Positions 22,026-33,455 are shown, counted from the stretch's first letter. The stretch is DNA of 64,000 bases from an uncultured Planctomycetota bacterium (GCA_963823665.1 CAWGMQ010000010.1:2080001-2144000); one strand, 5' to 3'. Notes: generated by a model from the letters alone, not told the origin. Made by a program: numbers and translations.

Positions 22026-23356
22026 GGGATGGCAGACACCCACCGATCTCATGTGAAGCTGGCATCCCGGTGCAAATGCTGCCACTGGGCTCGTCCCGAA
22101 GCAGCCGCGGCGTCGGCTGTCGGAACTGCTGGTTCGCTCCGAGTAAACCGTCCTTGCTTTCGAGTTTTTTCTCAACGCTCTTGACACCCGGGCACGATTG
22201 GTATTTTTGTCCATTACTGTTCTTGTGAATACTCTCACTAGTGTGCTGCACCTGCCCGGTGGAGGACAAGTCTGCCGGCAGATTTTGGGCCGGTCGCTTC
22301 AAGTCGCAGCCGCTTCTCGATGAGGCTGCGCTCCTGGCGTGCAGCGTCTATGTCGATCTCAACCCGATTCGGGCGGGAATCGCCCGTACGCCGGAGGAAT
22401 CGCAATTCACGTCGGGGTCTGACCGCATTCTGAGCCTCGCTGAAACTCCGAGTAAATTGCATTCATCGTGCGAGGAAAGCTGCGCCGAAACTCTTGATCG
22501 CCCGGATGCGTGGCTGTGCGAACTGACGTTGCGGGAGACCGACGTCGATCCCCGAACCGGGCAGACCGAAGGCTCACGCGCTGCGCCGTCGGAAACGGTT
22601 CCGCCGCGCGAACCGATCGCGAGCGACCTTGTCGATGCCGCGGAGCGTCGGGCACCTGCTGGCTCTTCTGCCGCGGTCTCGACCGTGCCGCGCCAGGCGG
22701 CGTCGAAACGGCCGCTCCCTGTGCGGGCGTCGGATCAAGGGTTTCTGCCGATCGAGACAAGAAAGTACGTCATGCTGCTCGATTGGACGGGGCGGGAACT
22801 ACGGCGCGACAAGCGTGGGGCGATCCCTGAAGACCTGGCTCCGATCCTGGACCGGCTGGGTGTGGATCGGGCGAATTGGGTGGACACCGTGCGTGACTTC
22901 GGTCGCATGTTCAAGCAAGCGGCGGGTCGAGCGAGTTCGCTTGTGCGCGCTGCGCCGGGTTGCTCACGGCGCTGGTTTCAGGGCAAGGCGGCCGCGCGAG
23001 TTGCATTTCTGTAAGTAACCGGCTCGCTCGCTCGCTTGCTCGCCAGCGCTGGTCGAAGCTGCGGACGCGGAATCTGATCGGATTTGAGGTCGCACAGCGT
23101 CGTTTTCTTCGCCGGCGCGGCAAGGGACGTAGCAGGGCCGTCGGTGTCGGACTGGTCACAGCAACGGACGGGTGCAAAACGCCGGCGACGTAGCCGAGCG
23201 CACCCAATTGCTGACCGTGTGTGGCAAAACGCGTGCTTTGACGTAGTCGGCCGCGAGGCACCCTGCGATCGCGGGACGTGAACCGGTGGGAACCACGCGG
23301 ATCTGGCTTTCCCGAGGCCCGACTGTCGACTGCAGAGGGTGGGTGTCTGGGTTCCC
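22026..23356 (+). mobile_element. RAYT (Y1 HUH transposase) element copy A, internally deleted (HUH region missing); remnant ORF 22241..23014
   Basis: GRFWAGRFKSQPLLDEAALLACSVYVDLNPIRAG. Bounded by inverted REPs GGGATGGCAGACACCCA and TGGGTGTCTGGGTTCCC. Confidence 0.85.
22181..22207 (+). promoter_or_regulatory. Putative sigma70 promoter of the RAYT element; equivalents at 25930 (+), 43861 (-) and 54422 (-)
   Basis: TTGACA is conserved in all four copies, followed 15-16 nt later by T(A/G)TTTT preceded by TGG, a weak extended -10-like element. Confidence 0.45.
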
Positions 23357-23683
23357 GTTAGAGATTGGTACACCGAGCAGGAGAGGCTTCTAACGGACAT
23401 GAAGGTACGAATAGATCAACTCAGGAAGGCGATTCAGGATCCTGCGATGAGCAAAACAACACTACGAAAAATGCTCAGCGAATTCAATTTGGAATTGCTT
23501 CACGCAAACGCTGACTTGTTGCCCCAACAAACCCGCGCTTATTACACTCCGCAGCAGAAAGGAATGCTCGCGAGGACTCTCAAACGTGGACGGGCATTGC
23601 GACAATTGATCTCGAAAGTTAATACGATCAACAATTCCCCGGCAAATGTCCAGCCGCCAAAAAACGCGCCAGGCCCGACATGA
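23357..23683 (+). pseudogene. Headless low-GC ORF end, probably an orphan RHS C-terminal tip
   Basis: Open frame runs from the RAYT right end. Helical with a Pro-rich end (VQPPKNAPGPT) like both RHS tips in this window; visibly lower GC. Confidence 0.45.
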
Positions 23684-24155
23684 TTGATTTAGCGTGGCAT
23701 AGCGGTCAGGGCTCCCGTTCGGCAAAACCAGACAGTCCATCTGTGACGGACTGCGGAGGTGCGCGTCGGTCATTTGCCGAGCCGTCTGAAACGAATCGCT
23801 GGGCGTGCCAGTCCTCGAGAACCGCGCTCGTCGCTATACCGACGACCAGGTTAGCGCCCGCGGCCTGAGTTGCGCGGCCCCCCCGAGATTGCTCGCGTCG
23901 TTCGGTTCGAGTAGAATGAACAGGTGCGATATGGGCTTCGTTGCGACTTGCTGAGGAGTCCGGATTCCACGGTTCCGGTGCCACTTTCCGTGCCCGCCGC
24001 TGCCCAGTTCGCGCGAAGGCGGTCCCGGCATTCAATATCCAAATGTTCAGCGATCCACATGTCATTGGATGTGGCGTGCACATCTTCGTCTGCCCTGATT
24101 GGTTATGGGGCGGCGCCTTTAAGTGCCCTCGGTTTTATACGTGCGAGGCTCGAGC

Positions 24156-25334
24156 ATGAACCTTAAGGCGAGGCGGTTGCAGCTACGGTCGTGTGCTGGT
24201 CGCCCAGGCTCGCGGTGCCTCACTTTGCGTTTCAGCCTGCGCTTTTTTATTGTCTGCACGCTCCTCGTTGGTGTGCCATTAGGTTGGCTGCTCCGAGGAG
24301 CTCGAGGTCAGCAGCAGGCGGTTAATGCCATACAGTCAGGGGGGGGCGCCGTATATTACGAAAACAACTGGTGGAACTCGAGCTTCGGCTCGAGCGGGCG
24401 GGCTGGGTTTCTAGTAGATCTCGTGCACCGGCTGGGCCCCGACTTCGGCGCAAACGTGTGCTCGGTTCGGCTGAGGAATCCCAGCCCTAAGGCCTTCGCG
24501 TCCCTTGAGCGCCTTGGTCAACTCGAGCAACTGATAGTTTACCAATCGTCGAATGTCGATGCTGGGCTCAAGTATGTCGCTCCGTTGGCTCGCCTTTGCG
24601 ACGTTAGGCTTTACTACACGTCGGTTGGCGATGACGGCGTCGCGAGTTTGAGGGGGTTATCGAATCTTGTCAGGCTGGAGTTGGTAAGCGGGCGAGTAAC
24701 CGACTCAGGCTTAGCACATCTGATAGGATTGAGTAGTTTGAGGCAGTTGGAGTTACGCGCGCTCCCGATAACTGAAGGCGGATTGGCTCACGTTCAAGGC
24801 CTGACGAAGCTTGAGACACTTAAGCTCGAGGGCGTAGTTGTGACTGACGCGGGTCTCCGCTATTTAAGTCGCATGGCTAAGCTCGTGAAGGTGACTCTTC
24901 GGGAATCGGAGATTACGGACTCGGGACCTTCGACTCTGGCGCGGCTGACACAGCTTCAGGAGTTGGACATTGTTGGCCGTGGGGTAACTGACGTTGGTCT
25001 GGAGCGACTGAGGTCCCTCCGCAACCTCTCGTTCCTCGCCATTATCGACTCGCAGATTTCGGACGACGGGATGGGCGTTCTGGGTGTCCTTCCGAAACTT
25101 CAGGGGCTGGACCTGAGCGGAAGTCGTATTACTGATACTGGCGTGCTGAAGCTAAGTCGGCTCGGCAACCTCTCGTACCTTGCCTTGCGTGACACCGAGT
25201 TGTCGGACGCCGGCCTCCGACACCTGATTTCGTTGCGCAAGCTGCGGGTCCTATCTGTTGACGGGACGAGGATTTCCGCGGCTGGAATCAGGGAACTGGA
25301 ACGCTCCTCGCCTGGCATTGAAGTATTGCACTAG
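24156..25334 (+). CDS. Leucine-rich-repeat protein with RFSLR-type N-terminal membrane anchor
   Basis: LRFSLRFFIVCTLLVGVPLGWL followed by many LxxLxL..xTDxGL repeats. Confidence 0.92.
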   Translation: MNLKARRLQLRSCAGRPGSRCLTLRFSLRFFIVCTLLVGVPLGWLLRGARGQQQAVNAIQSGGGAVYYENNWWNSSFGSSGRAGFLVDLVHRLGPDFGANVCSVRLRNPSPKAFASLERLGQLEQLIVYQSSNVDAGLKYVAPLARLCDVRLYYTSVGDDGVASLRGLSNLVRLELVSGRVTDSGLAHLIGLSSLRQLELRALPITEGGLAHVQGLTKLETLKLEGVVVTDAGLRYLSRMAKLVKVTLRESEITDSGPSTLARLTQLQELDIVGRGVTDVGLERLRSLRNLSFLAIIDSQISDDGMGVLGVLPKLQGLDLSGSRITDTGVLKLSRLGNLSYLALRDTELSDAGLRHLISLRKLRVLSVDGTRISAAGIRELERSSPGIEVLH

Positions 25335-25774
25335 GCTCCCCTCAGGGCAGATCTTCCGCGGGCCGGGTCGCCCCGGGGATTATTCCCTGGAACTCCTAGA
25401 AATTCTGGTCTGCGCGGTATATTGGCCTTTTTGTCACACCGCCTCGGTTCCATCAATGGGACCGATCATCGAAACGGAGTCAGTTTCGATCACCGCGGCG
25501 GCAGCGCCTTGGGTGGCCGGATGGGTTTCTGCGTAATTGGTGCGCACTTCCACGTCGCTCGGCACGTTATCAAAAACGCGGAGCCAATCAAATCAGGAGT
25601 GTGGCGTGGCCGAGCTCGGCAAGGGCGGGTCAGCCAGGCATTCGACCTCGTTGAGTACGGCGTGGTGGACTAGGCCACCGCCAATTCTTCACAGCGGACC
25701 ACCACGGGTCACAAACAGGATGACCAGGCCGCGCCAAGACGAAGCCCCCCACCGGAAGCTGTTCGCGGATTCTG

Positions 25775-26196
25775 GGGATGGGAGACACCCACCGATCTCA
25801 TGTGAAGCTGGCATCGCGATCCGGATGCCGCCGCGGGGCTCGTCCCGAAGCAGCAGCGGCGGTGGCGGTCGTAGCTCCTGGTTAGCTCCGAGCAAATCGC
25901 ATTTGCTGTCGAGTTTTTTCTCAACACTCTTGACACCCGCGCCATTATTGGTGTTTTTGTCCATTACTGCTCTTGCGAATATGCCCGCTAACATACTGAA
26001 CCTGCCTGGTGATAGAGCTTTACGTGCCGGCCTCTGGGCGTCGCCAAATCGTCCACGAGGAATGCATTGGCGTTGTGCGAATGGGTTGTCCGAGCGACCA
26101 ATCGCGAGGAAAATTCTGCCGGCGGATTCCGGGCCGGCCGCTTCAAATCGCAGCCGCTTCTCGATGGGGCAGCGCTTCTGGCATGCAGCGTCTATG
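25775..26196 (+). mobile_element. RAYT element copy B: left end plus an internally deleted, truncated transposase remnant
   Basis: GGGATGGGAGACACCCA left REP and the conserved leader; IVHEECIGV is fused to CEWVVRATNREENSAGGFRAGRFKSQPLLD. Confidence 0.8.
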
Positions 26197-26329
26197 GAGT
26201 ATCGGCGCGATATGAAGACGGATTCCTCGGTGAAACCGAACGAGCGAGGGGGGCCAGGAATCTGGTAGGATGGCTGTGGTGAGGCCCGGTCCCGTTCCCA
26301 GCAGCGCGGCTCTCCGAGGAGGAGACACC

Positions 26330-26641
26330 ATGGCGGTTGATCAGATGATCCAAAAGGTCCAGGACGCCTTGAAGCTCGGTAAGGTGAAATCGAAGCTGCC
26401 GCGGAATCCCAAGTTCGTCGACATCCGCGTCGAGGACTACGTCGACTCGGACGGAGACGATGCGCTGCGGGTGACGATTGTCATCGACGAGAATGTGGAC
26501 GTCGAGAATGTGAGCGGTCAGGAAATCACGGACCTGAAGAGCGCCGTTCGCCGCCGGATTCGCGAGCTGGGCGTCGAGCTCTGGCCTTACATCCAGATCG
26601 CCAAACCGAGCGAGCTCGAACAGGGCGGCGACGAGGAATGA
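26330..26641 (+). CDS. Small acidic protein, nucleotidyltransferase-like partner of the HEPN gene
   Basis: EDYVDSDGDDALRVTIVID; GAGGAGG RBS; stop codon overlaps the HEPN start (ATGA). Confidence 0.65.
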   Translation: MAVDQMIQKVQDALKLGKVKSKLPRNPKFVDIRVEDYVDSDGDDALRVTIVIDENVDVENVSGQEITDLKSAVRRRIRELGVELWPYIQIAKPSELEQGGDEE

Positions 26642-26876
26642 GCTGTGTACAAGGATCTTCTGGAACAAGCCGTCCGGCTGGCGGAGCTCGATGCCAAGAA
26701 GCCGAAGTAGGCCAACCTTCGTCGTGCGATCTCGGCGGCCTATTACGCCCTTTTCCATATGCTGGTTGACGAAGCCTGCCGAGTCCAAGTCGGGGCACAG
26801 CACAACCAGGCACCGTACCGTCAGGTCCTGGGCCGTGCCTTTGCCCACACTGTGATGAAGGATGCCTGCAAGTGAT
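26638..26876 (+). pseudogene. HEPN-domain gene with a nonsense codon and truncation
   Basis: DLLEQAVRLA..KPK*ANLRRAISAAYYALFH, with in-frame TAG at 26708. Confidence 0.8.
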
Positions 26877-27685
26877 CAAGATCACCGATGGTTTGCCCCC
26901 TTGTGCGGCGGGCGGCGTGAGTTATTGCATCGCGGCGTGAGCTTGAATGCACGCCCATTGGCGAGGATGACGCGTGTGCGACATCCTGTCGCAGATGTCG
27001 CGGCTCCTGCCGCGAAGGTTTTTCGCATTGGTGCCGATCCCGGAGCGGAGCTTCGTTCGACCGAGATCCGAACGGGAGCCAGGCCGAGCTGCGACACTCG
27101 GCCTGGGCTCCGGTCTCGGCCCCTGAGTCGGCGCTCGGGTTGCTCCTCAGCAGAGCCCTATCCTCCGTTCAGGCCGCTCCTCATTGGGGCGGTCGTGCTT
27201 GCATACAACTTCTTGCACCACGCGACCGGCCATTCCTCGACAGTCTCGCGCCTCCTTCAACACGCGCGATGTATTCGAGCTCATCCCACATGCCGCGAAG
27301 CCCATCAACCCCGTTCCGTTCCCTCTCTTCTCTATAGGGGGAACGGGAACGCGCCCTCAGGGCAGTCAGCCCAGGCGCTGCCAGCCTGCGGCCGTACGAC
27401 GCAGCCGGCCGGGTCGCTCCAGCGACTCGAGCACCTCGCCCAGTCAATCGTCCTTCCGCCAGGCAGTCATGCAGCCGGGCGCGCGTGCAGTGACATCATC
27501 GAAGCACCATCGAAGTGGTTGATCACCGGTGGCGTCGTTCTCCCGCCCGGCCGCTTCGCTGACTGCGCTGGCCTACGGACGGGCAGGTCGGAATCGGACG
27601 CTAAATGCCACGCCTTTCGGAATGTCCCGTCCCGTTCTCGGACTTCGAGTTGTTCAGATTGCCCATGCCCTTTGGAGGAACAACC

Positions 27686-28030
27686 ATGAACTCTGATTCG
27701 AACGACAGCGACCGGCCGCCCCACGACGACGCCCAGAACGGCCGGCCGGGGAAACGCATGCTCTGGTACACCTGCGATGACGGAGGTGAAGGGGTCACGA
27801 CCTACACCTACGAGATCGGAGAGGAACCCTGGCAATTCGCCTTCACGCACGACGCGGCCAAGGGCGTGTATGTGCTGGCCAAGGCCGACGGCACTACCGA
27901 GCGATTCCGTGATAACCCGGCGCGGCACCTGGTGGTCGAGCAAGATCCCGTGACCGGTGAGATGCGGCCGGCCGTCAAGCGCGGCCAGCCAACTTATATC
28001 TACCTGTGCCGCGAGCAACGCGAGCCGTGA
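27686..28030 (+). CDS. Conserved 114-aa hypothetical protein, copy 1
   Basis: GGAGG RBS. A paralog of the same length lies at 40256..40600, with synonymous and conservative differences. Confidence 0.88.
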   Translation: MNSDSNDSDRPPHDDAQNGRPGKRMLWYTCDDGGEGVTTYTYEIGEEPWQFAFTHDAAKGVYVLAKADGTTERFRDNPARHLVVEQDPVTGEMRPAVKRGQPTYIYLCREQREP

Positions 28031-28075
28031 CAACGCTGGAAAATCGTGTTCAGGGCAGGCACCAACGGGGGTCGG

Positions 28076-28306
28076 ATGAGCCAATCGCCCGGGATCGTCG
28101 GCCGCTACCTTGACTTGATGCACGAGGTTCTCATCAAGGCGATCTATCAAGATCGGGCCGTTGACCCGTGGTCGCAGCCGGTCTTCGACGTTCGCAAACG
28201 CGACTTTGGTCTAGATTGGCCGCATCAGGCCTTTACGATGATCGGCCGCATACGCCTGCGATCGCTACGGGACTGCTGCGACCTTGTCTTGCGAGAGCGA
28301 ATCCCG
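28076..28306 (+). pseudogene. Truncated TylF/MycF-family O-methyltransferase (N-terminal part only)
   Basis: RYLDLM..GLDWPHQAFTMIGRIRLRSL..ERIP, ending just before the expected GDxxExGVWRG motif. Confidence 0.75.
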
Positions 28307-28369
28307 GCAGATGGCAGTCGGAGACCGTCCGCCGGTTTGAGGCGCATAAGCAGCGTCCCGAGCAGCGAG

Positions 28370-28582
28370 TTAGTGGGATTTCTTCAATAGGCCCGAATCG
28401 TCACCCGACAGCGCCCCAATCTCTGCGGCATGTGTCGTGCCGATGAGCCGCCCCTGGAACTGCCGCTGCCACTCGATGTAGTACGCAACCAGGCGCGTCG
28501 GATCATGGCCGACTCGCGCCGAGATCCGGTGGCGAACCTCCCGGACTTCCTCGATGACGGGATCACTCACTTCCGGATCCAT
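28370..28582 (-). CDS. Small putative antitoxin partner of the PIN protein
   Basis: DPVIEEVREVRHRISARVGHD; overlaps the end of the PIN gene. Confidence 0.7.
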   Translation of the reverse strand: MDPEVSDPVIEEVREVRHRISARVGHDPTRLVAYYIEWQRQFQGRLIGTTHAAEIGALSGDDSGLLKKSH

Positions 28583-29060
28583 TGTTCCCTCCGAGCAGCT
28601 CAAGCGGGGTGACCAGCGCGGGGACGAAAAGCCCGAGCATGGTGTTAACGCGGCGTATGTGGCCGAACTTGTTCGCGTTGGCCAAATGCAGGCAATTCCA
28701 TGTCACCAGGAAATCGCACTTGTGGTAAGAGGCCAGCGCCAGGTGGAGCGCGTCGCCGCCGGGGTCCGCGGGCATCACCTTGTGACGGATGTAGGTCTCG
28801 ACGATCTCGGCGATGGACGGCTCGATGGCCAGGAGCGGGATCTGCCCGACCAATGCGAGTCGCTCTGCGACGCGGGCAGGGTCGCCGCCGCACAGCTCGT
28901 CGAGTACTGCCGGGCTTGTCACCAGTTCGTATCGCTCGTGGGCCGTGACCCACCAACGCCGGGTCCAGTCCCGGCGCGCCACCACATCCGGCGAAGAGCG
29001 TACTTCGTGGTAAAAGCTGAAGATTGTGGTCTCGACATATGCGCGAGGGACGAGCATCAA
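28563..29060 (-). CDS. PIN-domain (VapC-like) toxin
   Basis: YVETTIFS, TSPAVLDEL, DALHLALA, DFLVTWNCLHLAN, VTPLELL. Confidence 0.92.
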   Translation of the reverse strand: MMLVPRAYVETTIFSFYHEVRSSPDVVARRDWTRRWWVTAHERYELVTSPAVLDELCGGDPARVAERLALVGQIPLLAIEPSIAEIVETYIRHKVMPADPGGDALHLALASYHKCDFLVTWNCLHLANANKFGHIRRVNTMLGLFVPALVTPLELLGGNNGSGSE

Positions 29061-29319
29061 ACATTCTCAGTAGCCGTGTACGCGACGGAGGTTGGCAAGG
29101 GCGTTTCCGCCTCCCTCCAGCATACTCGGCCTGCCCCACCCATGCCCAGAGCGACCGGCGCCGCACCAGGCTGCCGGTTCGGGCACGGCCGTCGAACGGA
29201 GGCAACGAGCTTCGCGCCGAGTTTAAGAGCAGACCGAACCGCCGAGGACAACCGTGAAACGTACCCGAATTTCGTGTGCGACGAGTCGTGGCCGTCAATC
29301 AATCAGGGAGTCATCATCC

Positions 29320-32300
29320 ATGTCATCGCAACCGTCGTCTTCGAGCCGTGTTCTTTCTATGGGGTACGCTGAGTTCGCCCGCTGCTTTGGGCGGTTTGAG
29401 ATTGCCGGGGCACTTTGTGGCTACACGCCGCAAGTTGACACACATGCGGTGCTCACGCTGCTGGCGCATGCCAGGCCGCGTCGGCTTCTCGAGATTGGCA
29501 CTGCGCTGGGGCACATGACGGCAAATTTTAGCAGGTGGACTCTTGATGATGCGCAGATCTTCAGCCTGGGGACTCTCCAGGAGACTCGGAAGACTTCGCC
29601 CGGGGCGCGGGAGCAGCAGGTCGAGGAACCGGGGCGTGGCGAGTTCGGTCGGTTTGCTGACCAGTTCGGCAAGGCGTGGAAAGTGTTCTTCATCATCGCC
29701 GACTCGATGGTCTATGACTTCGGCCGGCTGGTGCCGCTCGATTTTGCGTTCATTGACGGGGGGCACGACCTCGAGCACGGGCTCAACGATAGTCGCAAGG
29801 CGTATCAGGCCCTTGACCATGGTGGCTGGCTTGTCTGGCATGACTTCGGCAGCCCGGTGCCGTGGGTCAAGGTGCGGGAGGCGATTGAGCGGGTGGGCTT
29901 TTCTGAACCGCTTGTGCATGTGGAGGGGACTCAGGTCGCGTTCCTGCGCAAGCAGGCACCGCTGCCATCGCCGCCGATGGAGCCTGTTCGTCGTGGCCCG
30001 GTGCGCGTGGCCTGGGAAGGAGACCCACAGGGGCTGCACTCGCTGGCACTCGTCAACCGAGCCCTTTGCGGGGCGCTGCTGGAGCGCGGGCACGATCTTG
30101 GGTTGATCTGGGATTCGAAGGCCGCCGAAGGGACGATGCCCATGCGGCCGCCTGATGCTCGCCTGGCTGAGCGGTTGGGCCATGGGCCGGTACACGGGCC
30201 GGCCCAGGTGCACGTGGGGCACCAGTGGCCGCCGCGGCTGGAGCCACCGCGGGATGGCCGCTGGGTGCTGATGCAGCCGTGGGAGTATGGGAGCCTGCCG
30301 AAAACCTGGCTGGGGGCTCTTCGGCACGTTCACGAGATCTGGGCTTACAGCCGATCGGTCCGCGATTGCTATCTCGAAGCCGGGGTCGCGCCTGAGCGCG
30401 TTCATGTTATACCGCTGGGCGTGCAGCCGGACGTATTCCGGCCTGGGCTTGAGCCACTGGCCTTGAAGCCAGGTCCGGATTTCCGGTTCCTTTTTGTCGG
30501 GGGGACGATTTTCCGCAAGGGAATCGATGTGCTCCTGGCGGCTTTCGCGCGGGCCTTTGAGCCTGGAGACAACGTCGGGCTGGTCATCAAGGACATGGGG
30601 ACGAAGAGCTTTTACCGCGGGCAGACGGCCGAGGCCAAGATTGCCGGATTGCGCGAGCGGGGATATTCGGTCGAGTACATTGAGCGGGATTTGGATGAGA
30701 GCGAAATCCCCAGGCTTTACGCGGCTTGTGATTGCCTTGTGCATCCGTTTCGTGGCGAGGGGTTTGGCTTGCCGGTCGTTGAGGCGATGGCGTGTGGGCT
30801 GCCGGTGATTGTTACCGGGGCGGGGCCAGTGTTGGATTATGCGAGTGAGGAGACGGCGTTTCTCATTCCCGCTCGACGCGGGAATTTCGCTGAGTTTCGA
30901 GTGGGGGATTTGGAGACGATCGGGCGGCCTTGGCTTTGGGAGCCGGATGGTGATGCGTTGGTTGACCAGTTACGAATGGTGGTGCGCGATCGGGCGGGTG
31001 CTGCGGCTAGAGGTGCCGCTGCGTCGGGTTGGATTCGCGAGCGGTTTACGTGGGCTCGTTCGGCCGAGGCGGTTGAGCGGCGGTTGCATGTGCTGGCCAC
31101 CGAACGAGATCGCAGCGAGGTCAACGGGGTACCGGCGCGGACCACAGGGCGAAGCCCGACGCAGCACGAACGCCTAGTTCCTGGGCCGCAACCAAACGAA
31201 CCCGTTCTGCTGACTCAGGTGACGTCATCGGTTGTCAGCACTACGCCAACCGCGCGCGCCAAAGTTAGCTTGACGATGATCGTGAGAGATGAACAGAAGA
31301 ATTTGGCGCAGTGCCTCGAGTCGGTGAAGGGACTATTCGACGAGACCATTGTCCTGGATACCGGCAGCAAGGATTGCACGGTTGAAATCGCCCGATCGTT
31401 CGGGGCGCGAGTGTTTGATTTCGTGTGGGTCGATGACTTTAGTGCGGCCCGCAATGCGGCACTGGCTCGTGCACGAGGCGATTATGCGTTCTGGCTTGAT
31501 GCGGATGATCTGATTGAGCCGCCCGAGCGCGCCAAGCTGGAGGAACTGTTCCGCCGGGTGAATTCCGCCGGAAAAGTGCCGGCGTTCGTGGTGCGGTGTG
31601 CATGCGATCCCGGGCCGGATGGAGAAGGCGGTGACACGGTTGTTGATCACATCCGGCTGTTTCCGCTGATTGAAGGTGTGCGGTGGACGTATCGCGTGCA
31701 CGAGCAGATCCTGCCCGCACTGAAGAGAGCTGGTGTGCCTGTGGAGTGGACTGACATCACCGTGCGGCACACGGGGTACTCTGACCGGGCACTCCGATTG
31801 AGAAAGCTTGAGCGGGATTATCGCATTTTGCGTGAAGAGCTGGTCGAGCGGCCGGACGATCCGTTCACGTTGTTCAACCTGGGATCGATTGCGATTGAAC
31901 GGGCCGAGTGGAATGAGGCGCTCGGGTATCACGAGCGCAGCCTGGCGGGCTCGGTACCGAGTGATTCGATTGTCCGTAAGCTGTATGCGCTGATTGCGCG
32001 GTCTTACCAGATGCTCCGGGATTATCCGGCGGCCCTGGCGAGCTGCGCCGAAGGGCTTTCGCTCGATGCCGAGGATGCCGAGTTGTGGTTCCGCAAGGCG
32101 GTGGTGCATCGGTGTGGTGGCGATTCGGCTGCGGCCGAGGAGTGCTGGCGGCGGATCTTGACGCTCTCGCGGCCCAAGAAGTTTGCCAGCTTGGATCAGG
32201 GGATTTATGGGCATCTGACGCGGCGGAATCTCGCGGCGCTGGCTCACGAACGGGGTGATGTTGAGGAGGCGCGGCGGCAGTGGCGGGCGGTGTTGGAGGA

Positions 32301-32352
32301 GTGCCCGGGGGACAGGGAGGCCACGGAAAAGCTGGCGCAGTGCCGGAAGTAG
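29320..32352 (+). CDS. Four-domain fusion: class I SAM methyltransferase + GT4 + SunS-like GT2 + TPR
   Basis: LLEIGTALG and FIDGGHD; FVGGTIFRKGIDVLL and EGFGLPVVEAMACG; SLTMIVRDE, DTGS, DFSAARN, LDADD; C-terminal TPR helices. Confidence 0.93.
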   Translation: MSSQPSSSSRVLSMGYAEFARCFGRFEIAGALCGYTPQVDTHAVLTLLAHARPRRLLEIGTALGHMTANFSRWTLDDAQIFSLGTLQETRKTSPGAREQQVEEPGRGEFGRFADQFGKAWKVFFIIADSMVYDFGRLVPLDFAFIDGGHDLEHGLNDSRKAYQALDHGGWLVWHDFGSPVPWVKVREAIERVGFSEPLVHVEGTQVAFLRKQAPLPSPPMEPVRRGPVRVAWEGDPQGLHSLALVNRALCGALLERGHDLGLIWDSKAAEGTMPMRPPDARLAERLGHGPVHGPAQVHVGHQWPPRLEPPRDGRWVLMQPWEYGSLPKTWLGALRHVHEIWAYSRSVRDCYLEAGVAPERVHVIPLGVQPDVFRPGLEPLALKPGPDFRFLFVGGTIFRKGIDVLLAAFARAFEPGDNVGLVIKDMGTKSFYRGQTAEAKIAGLRERGYSVEYIERDLDESEIPRLYAACDCLVHPFRGEGFGLPVVEAMACGLPVIVTGAGPVLDYASEETAFLIPARRGNFAEFRVGDLETIGRPWLWEPDGDALVDQLRMVVRDRAGAAARGAAASGWIRERFTWARSAEAVERRLHVLATERDRSEVNGVPARTTGRSPTQHERLVPGPQPNEPVLLTQVTSSVVSTTPTARAKVSLTMIVRDEQKNLAQCLESVKGLFDETIVLDTGSKDCTVEIARSFGARVFDFVWVDDFSAARNAALARARGDYAFWLDADDLIEPPERAKLEELFRRVNSAGKVPAFVVRCACDPGPDGEGGDTVVDHIRLFPLIEGVRWTYRVHEQILPALKRAGVPVEWTDITVRHTGYSDRALRLRKLERDYRILREELVERPDDPFTLFNLGSIAIERAEWNEALGYHERSLAGSVPSDSIVRKLYALIARSYQMLRDYPAALASCAEGLSLDAEDAELWFRKAVVHRCGGDSAAAEECWRRILTLSRPKKFASLDQGIYGHLTRRNLAALAHERGDVEEARRQWRAVLEECPGDREATEKLAQCRK

Positions 32353-32480
32353 CGGGCACATGCCACGTCCCTGCTGCAGTGGGGCACTCGCCTCGGAGTC
32401 ATTTACGGATCTGCCAGGGGTGGTGACCCTGGCCATTGACCTCTACGCCGTCCGGCGTAAACAGAGAGGAGCGCTGCGCC

Positions 32481-33455
32481 ATGATCATTTCACAAACGCC
32501 TTACCGGGTCAGCTTCGCAGGAGGTGGGACTGACTTGCCGGTGTTCTATCGGCGGCAGTACGGGGCCGTACTCAGCACGGCGATCAATCATCACATTTAT
32601 GTCACCGTTCACCGGCGTTTTGAGCCATCCATCCGCGTCAGCTACTCACGCACCGAGGTCGCCGACACGCTGGACGAAGTTCAGCATGAGCTAGTGCGCG
32701 AAGCGATGCGCCTCGCCGAAATCGACGAACCACTCGAAATCACCACCATCGGCGACGTACCGGCCGGTACCGGCATGGGGTCCAGCAGCAGCCTCACCGT
32801 GGGACTTCTGGGTGCTCTCTACGGATTCTGCAACCGGGTTGTCAGCCCCAAGCTCCTGGCCGAGCAGGCGTCCCGCATCGAAATCAACGTTCTGGGCAAA
32901 CCGATCGGACGCCAGGACCAGTATGCGGCCGCCTTTGGCGGGCTGAACTACATCCGCTTTAACAAGGACGACACCGTCGACGTGGAGCCCGTGCCGTGCC
33001 GCGCGGAGACGCTCGAAGAGCTCGAGCGGCGGGCTCTACTCACCTATACCGGCCAGACTCGCGACGCCAGCACTATACTCGAGCGCCAATCCAGCATCAC
33101 TGAAGATCATATGGAGGTGCTGACGTCACTTCGCGATCTCGCCGACGAGATGCGAACCGCACTCGCCGGCGCCGGCGACCTTGATCATTTCGCGGAGCTT
33201 CTCCACCGAGGTTGGGAACTTAAGCGATCGCTGGGATGCGGGATCAGCAACCGCCAGATCGACGACTGGTACGCGGCCGCACGACGAGCGGGCGCCTGCG
33301 GCGGCAAACTGCTCGGGGCTGGCGGAGGTGGGTTTCTGCTGCTTATAGCACCACCCTGGCGGCACCGCGCTATCCGCGAAGCACTTGGACGACCGCGGGA
33401 GCTGCCGTTCAAACTCGCCCGGCACGGAAGCCGGTTGATCTTTATTCATGCTTGA
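32481..33455 (+). CDS. hddA: GHMP kinase, D-glycero-alpha-D-manno-heptose-7-phosphate kinase-like
   Basis: TPYRVSFAGGGTD, PAGTGMGSSS, IGRQDQYAAAFGG, GGKLLGAGGGG. Confidence 0.85.
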   Translation: MIISQTPYRVSFAGGGTDLPVFYRRQYGAVLSTAINHHIYVTVHRRFEPSIRVSYSRTEVADTLDEVQHELVREAMRLAEIDEPLEITTIGDVPAGTGMGSSSSLTVGLLGALYGFCNRVVSPKLLAEQASRIEINVLGKPIGRQDQYAAAFGGLNYIRFNKDDTVDVEPVPCRAETLEELERRALLTYTGQTRDASTILERQSSITEDHMEVLTSLRDLADEMRTALAGAGDLDHFAELLHRGWELKRSLGCGISNRQIDDWYAAARRAGACGGKLLGAGGGGFLLLIAPPWRHRAIREALGRPRELPFKLARHGSRLIFIHA

